From: Anaerolineae bacterium
GTDB lineage: Bacteria; Chloroflexota; Anaerolineae; S140-20
Assembly: GCA_027021705.1 (NCBI GenBank)
Contig: JALUTT010000036.1
Location: 1 to 59,911, forward strand
Direction: 5' to 3'
DNA: 59,911 nucleotides
Shown one piece after another: positions 29,176 through 38,225 of this stretch; within the stretch, counting starts at the first letter, position 1; every line of letters starts with the position of its first letter. Made by a program: the position numbers and the translations under genes. Under the pieces are notes generated by a model. It was given only the letters and a program-made list of their open reading frames with translations, was not told where the DNA came from and searched no databases.

Positions 29176-30408
29176 ATGAAATCCCTGCTCATCACCTCAA
29201 CCTTTCCGCCCCGCCTGGGGGGACGTGAGAACTACCTGTACAACCTCTTCGCGCACCTGCCCGCCGAGGAGGTGGTGGTCCTGACTCCGGACCGGGAGGG
29301 GGACTGGGAGCGCTTCGATCGAGAGAGCCCCTTCCCCATCATCCGCACCGAGCCGGAGGGGTTCCAGTGGTTTTACCAGGGGGGGCGGCGCCTGCGATGG
29401 CGTTGGTTTTCCTTTCTGGCCCGCCTATGTCGGCAGGAAGAGGTCCGGGTTGTCCACTGTGGTACGGCCCTGCCCGATGGGCTCTCGGCGCTCCTGCTGC
29501 AGCGGACCTTAGGTCTCCCCTACGTCGTCTACACCTTCGGCCTGGAGGTCCTGCGCTATCGGGATCAGCCCTGGACCCATCAGCGGTTGATGCGAGCCTT
29601 GCACGAGGCGAGTCGGGTCGTCGCCATCAGCAACTTCACCAAGCGGGAACTCGTCCGGCTGGGCCTCCCGGCCGATAAGGTGACGACCATCTACCCGGGT
29701 CTGGACACCCAGCGCTTCCGGCCCGATCCCGAAGCGGGGGCTGCCCTCCGCAAGCGGCTTGGCCTGGAGGGGAAGAAGGTGATCCTCACCCTGGGGCGGC
29801 TGGTGCCCCGCAAAGGGCAGGACCGGGTGATCGAGGCGCTTCCCCAGGTCCTGCGCCAGGTGCCCGACGTGGTCTACCTCATCGCCGGCGATGGGCCGGA
29901 CCGGGAGCGGCTAGAGAGGCTGGCCTGGGACCAGGGCGTGGCCGACCACGTTCGCTTTGTGGGGCGGGTGGCTCACGGCGAGGGGCGGGCCTACTACAAC
30001 GCTGCGGACCTTTTCGTCATGGCGAGCCGTCGCATCGAGGGGGAAGGGGATGTCGAGGGATTCGGCATCGTCTTCCTAGAGGCCAACGCCTGCGGTCTGC
30101 CGGTGCTGGGTGGGCGTTCCGGGGGCGTGGTTGAGGCCGTTGCCGATGGGGAGAGCGGCTTCCTGGTGGATCCCAACGATCCCGCCGACATCGCTCGGCA
30201 CATCGTTGCCCTCCTACGGTACGACGAACTGGCCCGCCGTTTGGGACAGCAGGGGCTCCGCCGTGTGCGGACCCAGTTTTCCTGGAGACGTGCCGCCGCC
30301 CAGGTACAGGCGATGAACGAGGCCCTAGCCACGGGGAGCCCCCAGGCTCGATTCCGACTCCTCCAGGGAGCCCAGTTCCTGCTTCGGAAGCAGTGGGCTG
30401 CGCTCTGA
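29176..30408 (+). CDS. Glycosyltransferase family 4 (PimB-like)
   Basis: FPP..GG, GRLVPRKG, EGFGIVFLEA. Confidence 0.93.
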   Translation: MKSLLITSTFPPRLGGRENYLYNLFAHLPAEEVVVLTPDREGDWERFDRESPFPIIRTEPEGFQWFYQGGRRLRWRWFSFLARLCRQEEVRVVHCGTALPDGLSALLLQRTLGLPYVVYTFGLEVLRYRDQPWTHQRLMRALHEASRVVAISNFTKRELVRLGLPADKVTTIYPGLDTQRFRPDPEAGAALRKRLGLEGKKVILTLGRLVPRKGQDRVIEALPQVLRQVPDVVYLIAGDGPDRERLERLAWDQGVADHVRFVGRVAHGEGRAYYNAADLFVMASRRIEGEGDVEGFGIVFLEANACGLPVLGGRSGGVVEAVADGESGFLVDPNDPADIARHIVALLRYDELARRLGQQGLRRVRTQFSWRRAAAQVQAMNEALATGSPQARFRLLQGAQFLLRKQWAAL

Positions 30409-30440
30409 TCATCCCCCTCTGGCAGACAACGAGGCCGACA

Positions 30441-31148
30441 ATGTGTGGAGGGATCATTCGACGGGCACTTTACACCTATCAGACCGAGGGACTGCGGGGC
30501 GTCTGGCGGAAGAGCCGGAACCGGCTGGCAAAACAGCCCCAGTATCGGCGGTTGCTGGTCCTGGAGCTTCCCTTCACCGACGCCCTGCCGATCATCGAGC
30601 CCAAGGTTCCGGCCACCTTTGAGGAGCTGGCACCCGCCGATGTGGACGAGCTGATCGCCCTGCGACCTTACCTCACCCGGTGGGTGATCGAGCAGCGTCT
30701 GGAGGCGGGCCATCGTTTCTACGTGGCCAAACTGCATGGAAGGATTGTGCACACCCGCCTGGTGGCGGTGAACAAAGCCTATATCGGCTATCTGAAGCTG
30801 GCCTTCCCCTTGTCACCGAGGGAGGTCTACTTCGGGGAAGCCTACACCGTGCCGGAGTTCCGGCGTCAGGGACTTCACTCAGCCTGTCTCTCTTTCGTGA
30901 GCCGGTTGATGCGCCAATCGGGGTACCACCACGCCATCGCCCTGGTCTATCCCCGTAACCGGCCCGCCCTTCGATCCCTGGAGAAGGTGGGCTTCCGGCG
31001 CAGGGGAATCATCGGCTTCGTGAGCCTGTTGGGGGCCTACCGCTACTTCTACTGGGTCCGGCAGGGGGGCTTCGACCGCCTGGACAATGCCCTCTTCGTG
31101 CCCAGGAGGAGGCTGGTGCCGGCGGAGCTCCAGGGACAGATTTGGTGA
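30441..31148 (+). CDS. GNAT family N-acetyltransferase
   Basis: YTVPEFRRQGL acetyl-CoA motif; N.PALRSLEKVGF; start codon uncertain. Confidence 0.8.
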   Translation: MCGGIIRRALYTYQTEGLRGVWRKSRNRLAKQPQYRRLLVLELPFTDALPIIEPKVPATFEELAPADVDELIALRPYLTRWVIEQRLEAGHRFYVAKLHGRIVHTRLVAVNKAYIGYLKLAFPLSPREVYFGEAYTVPEFRRQGLHSACLSFVSRLMRQSGYHHAIALVYPRNRPALRSLEKVGFRRRGIIGFVSLLGAYRYFYWVRQGGFDRLDNALFVPRRRLVPAELQGQIW

Positions 31149-31153
31149 TACTG

Positions 31154-32986
31154 ATGGCTGGATTGATCGGCTGGGTTGGGCAGGCGAGTCGCGAGCAGGT
31201 CGAGCAAGGGTTGCGGCGGATGGCCGCTGCGATGCCCCGGCGCGATGCGCTCCGGGCGGACCTCTATGCGGACGAGGGGATCGGGTTGGGGCGGCTCCAC
31301 CTGGGCACCCTCAACCCGGAGCCCCAGCCCCTCTGGAACGAGGACCGTTCCCTCGCCATCGTGATGGAGGGGGAGGTCTACGACTACGCCGACGAGAAGC
31401 GGCGTCTGATGGAGCGTGGCCACCGCTTCCCGGTGGGCAACGATGTCGAGTTCGTGCTTCACCTCTTTGAGGAGTACGGACCGGAGGCGCTCCCTCGTCT
31501 CAACGGGGCCTTCGTCGCGGCCATCTGGGACCTCCGACATCGGAGGCTCACCCTCTTCAACGATCGCTTTGGCCTTCAGGCCCTCTTCTACGTCCAGGTG
31601 GGCCGGCAGTTTCTCTTCGCCTCTTCGACCTGGCCCCTGCTGGCCCATCCCGGCGTGGAGCCCCGGCTCGACCGGGTCGCCGTGGCCGAGTTCCTGACCT
31701 TTGAGTTCGTCCTGGGGGAGAGGACGCTGCTGGAGGGGATCTCCCTCCTGCCGCCGGCCACCTGCTTCGTCGTCCAGGACGGTCGGGTCCGAGAAGGGCG
31801 CTACTGGCACTTCCACTTCGCCCGACGCCATCGGCTCCACGAGAACGGTTACTACGTGGAGGCCTGGACGGAGCGGATGGAGCGGGCCGTGGCGCGGCAG
31901 TTGCGGGACGATGGCCCCATCGGCGTTCAGTTGAGCGGGGGGTTGGACTCCCGGGTGGTGTTGGCCTTCATCCGCTCCCGCCATCCGTCGGTTCACACTT
32001 TCACCTTCGGTCTGCCCGATAGCGACGACGCTCGGCTGGCCCGGGAGGTGGCCCGCCAGCTCCACACCGTGCACCACTTCCTGCCCTTGCGGCCCGACTT
32101 CGTGCGGGAGATCGCCGAAGAGGCCGTCCGGCTGAGCGATGGGCTGAAGAGCTGCGTCCACCTGCACGCCTTCGCCCAGGCCCGTCAGATGGCAGAGCAT
32201 GTGCGGGCCGTCTACACCGGCTCCCTGGGGGATTCCCTGATGGGGGGGCACCTGAGCCGGAGCCTGTGGGCCTGTTACGACGAGGAGGAGTTGGCCCGCT
32301 CTCTCTTCCGCCAGTACAATGTTGTCTTCTCGCCTCCGGCGCTGTCCGCGCTGCTCGGGGAGGGCTTTGAAGACGGCTTGAGGGAGCAAGTCTTCGCCGA
32401 CTTCCGGGCCACCCTGGCCGAATCTCGGGCCCGGCTCCAGGCCGACGTCCGGGAGCACTTCTCCATCCGTCAGAGCGACCGGCGCTGGATCCTGGAGGGG
32501 CAGCGGCTGTTGCGCCACTACCTGATCGTGCGCACGCCCTTCTACGACAACGACCTGGTGGATTTTATGCTCACCGTCCCGCCTGGACTGCGCTTCGAGG
32601 AATACCTCTACCGGATCGCCTTTCGCCGGGCCTTCCCCCGGCTGGCCAAGGTGCCGCTGGAGAAGACGGGGCTGCCCCTGGCACCTGGCATGCGCGACCT
32701 GCGCATCCGGCTGGGGCGACGGGTGCGCTGGTGGCTGCGTAGCGCAGGGCTTCGCTTTGTCGCCCCGCCCCGCCGGCGTCCCTACGCCGACTACAACGGC
32801 TGGCTGCGCACCGCCCTGCGCCCCTGGGTCGAGGAGACGCTGCTAGGTCCCCAGACCCGTCTGCAGGACCTCTTCCGGCCTCAGCCCATCCGGGAGTTGG
32901 TGGCCGAGCAGATGGCCGGTGCCGACCACGCCCGCCGGTTGGGGGTGCTGCTCACCCTGGAGCTCTGGCTGCGTCAGCTTTCCTGA
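31154..32986 (+). CDS. Asparagine synthetase-like amidotransferase lacking the N-terminal Cys
   Basis: LNGAF...DRFG, LSGGLDSR, RTPFYD; the N-terminus is MAGLIG instead of MCGI.G. Confidence 0.88.
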   Translation: MAGLIGWVGQASREQVEQGLRRMAAAMPRRDALRADLYADEGIGLGRLHLGTLNPEPQPLWNEDRSLAIVMEGEVYDYADEKRRLMERGHRFPVGNDVEFVLHLFEEYGPEALPRLNGAFVAAIWDLRHRRLTLFNDRFGLQALFYVQVGRQFLFASSTWPLLAHPGVEPRLDRVAVAEFLTFEFVLGERTLLEGISLLPPATCFVVQDGRVREGRYWHFHFARRHRLHENGYYVEAWTERMERAVARQLRDDGPIGVQLSGGLDSRVVLAFIRSRHPSVHTFTFGLPDSDDARLAREVARQLHTVHHFLPLRPDFVREIAEEAVRLSDGLKSCVHLHAFAQARQMAEHVRAVYTGSLGDSLMGGHLSRSLWACYDEEELARSLFRQYNVVFSPPALSALLGEGFEDGLREQVFADFRATLAESRARLQADVREHFSIRQSDRRWILEGQRLLRHYLIVRTPFYDNDLVDFMLTVPPGLRFEEYLYRIAFRRAFPRLAKVPLEKTGLPLAPGMRDLRIRLGRRVRWWLRSAGLRFVAPPRRRPYADYNGWLRTALRPWVEETLLGPQTRLQDLFRPQPIRELVAEQMAGADHARRLGVLLTLELWLRQLS

Positions 32987-33057
32987 GCGCCCGTTGGAGG
33001 GGAGTTAGGTCCACTTCGCAGGTATCACGCAGAGTGGGAGAAGAGAGGTAGACGAAA

Positions 33058-33858
33058 TTGAAAGAACTCAAATGGATAATGTTGCTGTTCTGCACAATGG
33101 CAGTAGTTGCCGCATGCACGAGCAATTCATCGGTTGATGTGACCACTTCACTCCCGACGAAGACGCCGGTGACCGCTGTGATACCCTCACCCTCGCCGAC
33201 ACGGACGATCACGCCTTCACCGACGGCCACGAGCACACCGACTCCTTCTCCTGTGCCCACATTTGCCCCAACTCCGACAGCGACGCCCGATCCGGCTGCG
33301 ATATGCCGGATACCTGAAGAGGACAGCCGTATTTTCGTCATCAGTGACGAAGAATTGCGAGAGCACCATGCGACTGGGAGATCGTTGGGAGCCTTGCGGG
33401 AAGCTATTCGCAGGGAGTATCCCGGCTGGGCGGAGTATTCTCAGCAGTTGACTTTTGGGAGAATGGTTGTGACGTATGACCTGGCGCGCATTTCATTGAA
33501 CGCAGGTTTCCCGTGTTTAGAAGGACCCTGTCAAGATCAGATCTCGGTAAGCCCTATGGTCATTTTGACCGTGATAACGGTGCAGTACGGTGATGAACCG
33601 CCGCCTGATTTCGATGCGTGGCAGACGGCCAGACAGATCGCCCGCGATATCAAGCGGCTCTATGAAGAGAACCAGAAACATCCAGAGGTATGGCAAGACC
33701 GTTTCGCCAACGCAGGGTCCTACGTAATGTACCGGCTTTTCAATGCCGATGAGCATCGAATGGGGGAATGGGGGGAACGCTACCGACGCCTGGCGCCTCG
33801 CCTTTTGCAGCAAGAAGAGAACAATTCAGGTGATCGGAGAAGCAGGAAATGTCGCTGA
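33058..33858 (+). CDS. Hypothetical lipoprotein with Pro/Thr linker (cassette cargo; 3' end possibly a deletion junction)
   Basis: TTG start after GAGG; lipobox VAA-C; (PT)n linker. Confidence 0.72.
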   Translation: MKELKWIMLLFCTMAVVAACTSNSSVDVTTSLPTKTPVTAVIPSPSPTRTITPSPTATSTPTPSPVPTFAPTPTATPDPAAICRIPEEDSRIFVISDEELREHHATGRSLGALREAIRREYPGWAEYSQQLTFGRMVVTYDLARISLNAGFPCLEGPCQDQISVSPMVILTVITVQYGDEPPPDFDAWQTARQIARDIKRLYEENQKHPEVWQDRFANAGSYVMYRLFNADEHRMGEWGERYRRLAPRLLQQEENNSGDRRSRKCR

Positions 33859-35569
33859 TAATGAGACCTGCTTCTCCAACGGAGCCCATTTGCACTTTGG
33901 CGTCCGGCTTTACTATGACGTCCCTGGGTCATCGAACACGAACATCGACCCATTCGGCTGGTGGGGCGAGGACGCCGACCCGTGGGAAGAGGGATTGGAA
34001 GAGGAAGAAGGCGTGAACTCCTATGGTGGGTACACCAGTCGCTGGCTCTGGTGGGGAGACGAAGCAGGTGACGGACATTATACCGTGGACGATACCGAGA
34101 GTCAGGCACAGTTGTTCTACCCTTCCAACTGGTGGCGCGACGAGAACGGCTACAACGACGGAGCGTGGTGGACGTATGAGGCGGAGAGTGAGGAAAAGAG
34201 CAGCAACTGGGCCATCTGGGGTACCTACATCGAGACACCCGGCGAGTACGTGGTGCAGGTCTACTGGCCGGAGAGCGGGGAGGCAGAAGCGACCACGCAG
34301 GCGCGATATCAGGTCTACAGCGAGCAGGATGGTTTGCTGGATGAGGTCTTGGTAGACCAGGAGGCTGGCGGTGGGGAATGGTACACTTTGGGTGTCTATG
34401 AGTTCTCGGAAGGTCCGGCGGTAGTGATGCTAACCGATTGGGCTGGCGAGGTGCCTGCAGAAATGACGGTAAGGGTGGAACAAGAGACCGATTTGCCCCG
34501 CGTTTACTTCGACGCGGTGCGGTGGGCGACGCCGACGCCGGAGGCAACACCGACTCCTACGCCGATGCCAACTCCGACGTTTACGCCTATGCCCAGTCCA
34601 ACACCAATCCCCACCCTTACCCCTACTTCGGAGCCAACTGCCACGCCCGGTCCGTGGGGGGAATGGGTGGCCGCGGAGGAAGCGGCATTGCAGGAGCGGA
34701 CGCCTCAGGAGCGAGAAGCCTACTCTCGGCTGTTGAGCCGGGTGCGAGATGAGGTGATGGCTCCCGATCCGAAAGGGGAGGCCTACATTCGACTGGTCTA
34801 CCGGTATGCGCCGGAGGTGACGGCAATGCTGTTGAGGGATGCGAGGCTGCGGCGGGATGTGGGTGATTTGTTGGAAGAGGTGCGCCCGCTTTTGGAGGAG
34901 ATGGTAACGGGGAAGGAGCATACCGGGTTGAGTGGGGTATGGATTCGGCGGGCCGCAGGGGTGCTGAAAAGGATGGAGCAACAAGCCGGTCCCGAGTTGC
35001 GACGGGAGATTGAGTGGTGGCTGGAATGGCTACCTCGGTTCGAGGGGAAGACCGGGCGGGAGGTTTGGCAGATGTTGCCGGGTCGAGCATTAGATTCGGT
35101 ATATCCTGGAGAGGCAGAGCCTGAGGCAGCGGTCTTGAGGGGGTTATCCCCGGATGAGGTGAGGGACTATGGGGCGCTATTGAGCCGAGTGCGGGATGAG
35201 GTGATGCTGAGGACGGAGGGTGGGGAGGTGTACGTTGCCTTGGTGTATCGCTACACGCCGGAAGTGGTGGGGATTTTGTTAGAGGATGAGGCGCTGAGGC
35301 GAGAAACGGAGGACCTGCTGGTAGAGGCGCGTCCCGGAATTGAAACGTTGTTGGGGGAAAGGAGAGGGGAATGGCGATTCAGCCGAGAGTGGGTGGAGCG
35401 GATAGAGGAATTGCTGGGGAAGATGGGGGAGCGGGGAAGCCCGACCTTGCGGTCGGAACTCGCATGGTGGCAGGAGCGGGTGAGAGGATGGGCAGGCAAG
35501 ACTCCACGGGAAGTTTGGGAGAAGCTGGTGGAAGAACGGCGGGTAATGGAGACTCCGCAAGGGCAATGA
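33827..35569 (+). pseudogene. 5'-truncated M23 peptidase + golvesin/xanthan-lyase-CBD-like domain + two CFI-box-CTERM-like repeats
   Basis: QVIGEAGN...GAHLHFGVR...IDPFGW is only the last third of an M23 domain (no HxxxD, no credible start); PGEYVVQVYW...VDQ...GEWYTLG.YEF...FDAVRW; two copies of LLSRVRDEVM...GE.Y..LVYRY.PE. Confidence 0.7.
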
Positions 35570-35572
35570 GGG

Positions 35573-35658
35573 GCCTAACAACGGCTTCCACCCGACCGCG
35601 CCTTCGCGTGGCGCTTCGCTTGCGCTCCGGCGCGGCGGGTGAAGCCTGGCCGTTAGGT
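35573..35658 (+). mobile_element. attC integron recombination site (86 bp)
   Basis: R'' GCCTAAC and R' GTTAGGT; L'' GCTTC(C)ACCCG(A)CCGCGCC pairs with GGCGCGGCGGGTGAAGC, leaving the two canonical extrahelical bases; begins 3 nt after the stop codon. Confidence 0.9.
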
Positions 35659-35703
35659 GGTGAGAATGAGGAGGTTGAAAGGAAAAAGGCCGAGGGGGAC
35701 GTG

Positions 35704-36981
35704 ATGTGGAAGCTGCTCTATCTCTCCGTCAACGAGTGGGGCAACTTGGGTCGGCGCAAACCCCGCCTGGCCTACGAGTTCGCCCACCAGCCCCGGGTTG
35801 CCTCGGTGCTCTACGTGGAGCCCCCGGTGCGCACCAGCCTGCTGGACCTGCTGCGGGGGCGCTTCGAGCCCGGTCACCTGGACAGTCGCCGACGGGACCA
35901 CTGGGCGGCCCTGTGGGGATGGCTGCGCCCCGTCGCGCCCAAGGTGTGGGCCTACGTGGGTTCGACCAAAACGGTGCCGCTGACCCGCTTCACAGCCCTG
36001 CGCCGCCTGACCATCCTGCGTCGGCTCAATCGCACCCTCTACGTCGCCCAAATGCGCCGTGCCCTGCGACGGCTGCCGGGCCGGCACCTCATCCTCTGGC
36101 TCACCCATCCCCTCCAGGTCTTCGCCCTGGGGGCCTTCCCGGAGCGAGCCCTGCTCTGCTACGACTGGACCGACGATTGGGCGGAGTTCGACTGGCTGCC
36201 GGTGGAGGACCGTCAGGCGCTCATTGACTGGAACGATCGGATCGTGCGGGAGGCGGACCTGGTCTTCGCCGTCTCCGAGTCGCTGGCCCGGCGGGCGCGG
36301 CGGCTCAACCCCCACGTCTACCGGGCTCCCAATGCTACCGATCTGGCGGTCATTGGGCGAGCCAGCGAGCCGGATGGTCCCATCGCCCCGGAGATCGCCG
36401 CCCTCCCTCGGCCGGTCATCGGCTACATCGGCCAGATCGCCGACAAGATGGACTACGACCTCATCGCCGCCCTGGCCGATGCTCGGCCCCATTGGTCCTT
36501 CGTCTTCGTGGGGAAGGTGTGGGCCAACCGGCAAGCGGAAGTGGAGGCCCTTGCCGTCCGGCCCAACGTGCACTTCCTGGGCTTTCGTCCCTACGAAGCA
36601 CTGCCTGACTACCTGCGGGGGTTTGATGTCTGTGTCATCCCCCACCGGGTGAATGCATTGACCCGTAGCATGAACCCCATCAAGCTGTTCGACTACCTGG
36701 CCACGGGCAAACCCATCGTCAGCACCTCTGTTGCGGGCGTTGGGGCCTTTGCCGATGTGGTCCGGGTGGCCGATGGTCCCGATGCCTTCGTCGCAGCTCT
36801 CGATGCAGCCCTGGCCGAAGGAGGCGCCCTCCGGGAACGGCGGTTGGCTTATGCCCGCGCCAACGCCTGGCCTGCCCGGGCGGCGCAGATGTGGCGGGCA
36901 ATCGAGGAGCGAATCTATGGAACACCCTATCTTGCGACGGATACGTCTGATGATCCTTCGCCACTGGGTGCGTCCCCTTGA
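35704..36981 (+). CDS. Glycosyltransferase (GT-B, TuaH-like)
   Basis: VLYVEPP, YDWTDDW, IGYIG, NPIKLFDYLATGKPIVST. Confidence 0.9.
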   Translation: MWKLLYLSVNEWGNLGRRKPRLAYEFAHQPRVASVLYVEPPVRTSLLDLLRGRFEPGHLDSRRRDHWAALWGWLRPVAPKVWAYVGSTKTVPLTRFTALRRLTILRRLNRTLYVAQMRRALRRLPGRHLILWLTHPLQVFALGAFPERALLCYDWTDDWAEFDWLPVEDRQALIDWNDRIVREADLVFAVSESLARRARRLNPHVYRAPNATDLAVIGRASEPDGPIAPEIAALPRPVIGYIGQIADKMDYDLIAALADARPHWSFVFVGKVWANRQAEVEALAVRPNVHFLGFRPYEALPDYLRGFDVCVIPHRVNALTRSMNPIKLFDYLATGKPIVSTSVAGVGAFADVVRVADGPDAFVAALDAALAEGGALRERRLAYARANAWPARAAQMWRAIEERIYGTPYLATDTSDDPSPLGASP

Positions 36982-38137
36982 GCGGGTTGTGCCTCACCTG
37001 GAGGCCCTGCCGAAAGGTCCTCGCCGCACCTGGCTCCTGAAGGGGACGCTGGCGTTTAGGGACCTGGGACGGTTGGCGATGAGTCGCCTGCGGGTGAACG
37101 TCAAGCGGTTGGTCGGTCCATCCTGGTCGGTCATCTACATCGGTGAGGAGTACTCGATCGAGGAGCTACGCCATGTCCTCTTCCCGGAGCCGGCAGAGGT
37201 GGAGCACCTGGGGCGGGTCTTCCTGTGGGAGGTGCCCGTGGTCGCCAACGATTACCTGCATCGGGGAGGGCTCGTCGTCTGCGAGCTGAACCGGTTGGTG
37301 ACCGGATGGCGTCCGGAGGTGCCTTACTGCTTCCTGGTGCCCCCCTGGGTGCGCCAGGTGATCCCTCTCGACCGTCCGCTGGAGGGCATCCTGGCCAGGA
37401 TGAACCAGGGGATGCGCCGCAACTTGCGCAAGATGTGGAAGCGGGGCTTCGCCTATCGCTTCACCCAGGACCCGGCGGACTTCGACCACTTCTACCACGA
37501 GATGTACCTGCCTTACGTGCAGAAGCGCCACGGCGCGAGGGCGGTCCTCAGCACCTACGGGGAATTGGAGGTGACCTTCCGACGGGGTGGATTGTTGCTG
37601 GTCACCCACGGGGGGGAGCCGGTCAGTGGGATGCTGGGGTATGCCGTCGGGGAGATCTGGCGGGCGGCCTCTTTAGGGGTTCACCGAGGCAGCTTCGAGT
37701 GGGTCACCCGAGGGGCGATCACGGCGGTCTTTTGGTACATGCTGGAGTGGGCCCGTCAGCAGGGGGCTCGCTTCTACGATATGGGCAGTTCCCGGGCTCG
37801 GCTGGGTGATGGCGTCTTCAACTTCAAGCGGCAGTGGGGGGCTCGGATCTCCCCGGTCGTCGGGTATCACACCCGCTGGCTCTTCCTGGCCCGTGAGTTG
37901 CCGGCGTCGTTGGCCCACCACCTGACCCAGCAGGGCTTCCTGGCCGAGACGCCGGTGGGGTACCAGGTCGTCGTCATCAACCAGGTCGGTGGGCTGACGG
38001 CCCAAGAGGAGCGTCGCCTGGAGCGTATGGCCGCCCAGGCCGGCGCGGCCGGCCTCCTCTTCCTGCCGGAGCCCTACCCGGTAAGCCGGTGGGAGCGGGA
38101 GGCGGCGGTGCCGCCGAGGGAAGCGCCGGCTACGTAG
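36917..38137 (+). CDS. GNAT/FemAB-like acyltransferase
   Basis: RRNLRK, FYHEMYLPY, YDMGSSRARLGDGVFNFKRQWG. Confidence 0.78.
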   Translation: MEHPILRRIRLMILRHWVRPLERVVPHLEALPKGPRRTWLLKGTLAFRDLGRLAMSRLRVNVKRLVGPSWSVIYIGEEYSIEELRHVLFPEPAEVEHLGRVFLWEVPVVANDYLHRGGLVVCELNRLVTGWRPEVPYCFLVPPWVRQVIPLDRPLEGILARMNQGMRRNLRKMWKRGFAYRFTQDPADFDHFYHEMYLPYVQKRHGARAVLSTYGELEVTFRRGGLLLVTHGGEPVSGMLGYAVGEIWRAASLGVHRGSFEWVTRGAITAVFWYMLEWARQQGARFYDMGSSRARLGDGVFNFKRQWGARISPVVGYHTRWLFLARELPASLAHHLTQQGFLAETPVGYQVVVINQVGGLTAQEERRLERMAAQAGAAGLLFLPEPYPVSRWEREAAVPPREAPAT

Positions 38138-38225
38138 CTTTGCCTGGTTATGTCGCCTCCCCGTTGCCTCGGTGCCTCATCACGCCGGATGGATGGATTG
38201 ATTATGATTACTAAGGAGTGTTAAA

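Larger units (their letters stand above)
33005..35652 (+). mobile_element. Solitary integron gene cassette
   Basis: Bounded by G|TTAGGT at 33004 and a complete attC at 35573-35658; visibly more A/T-rich than the flanks; cargo unrelated to the surrounding polysaccharide operon. Confidence 0.72.
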
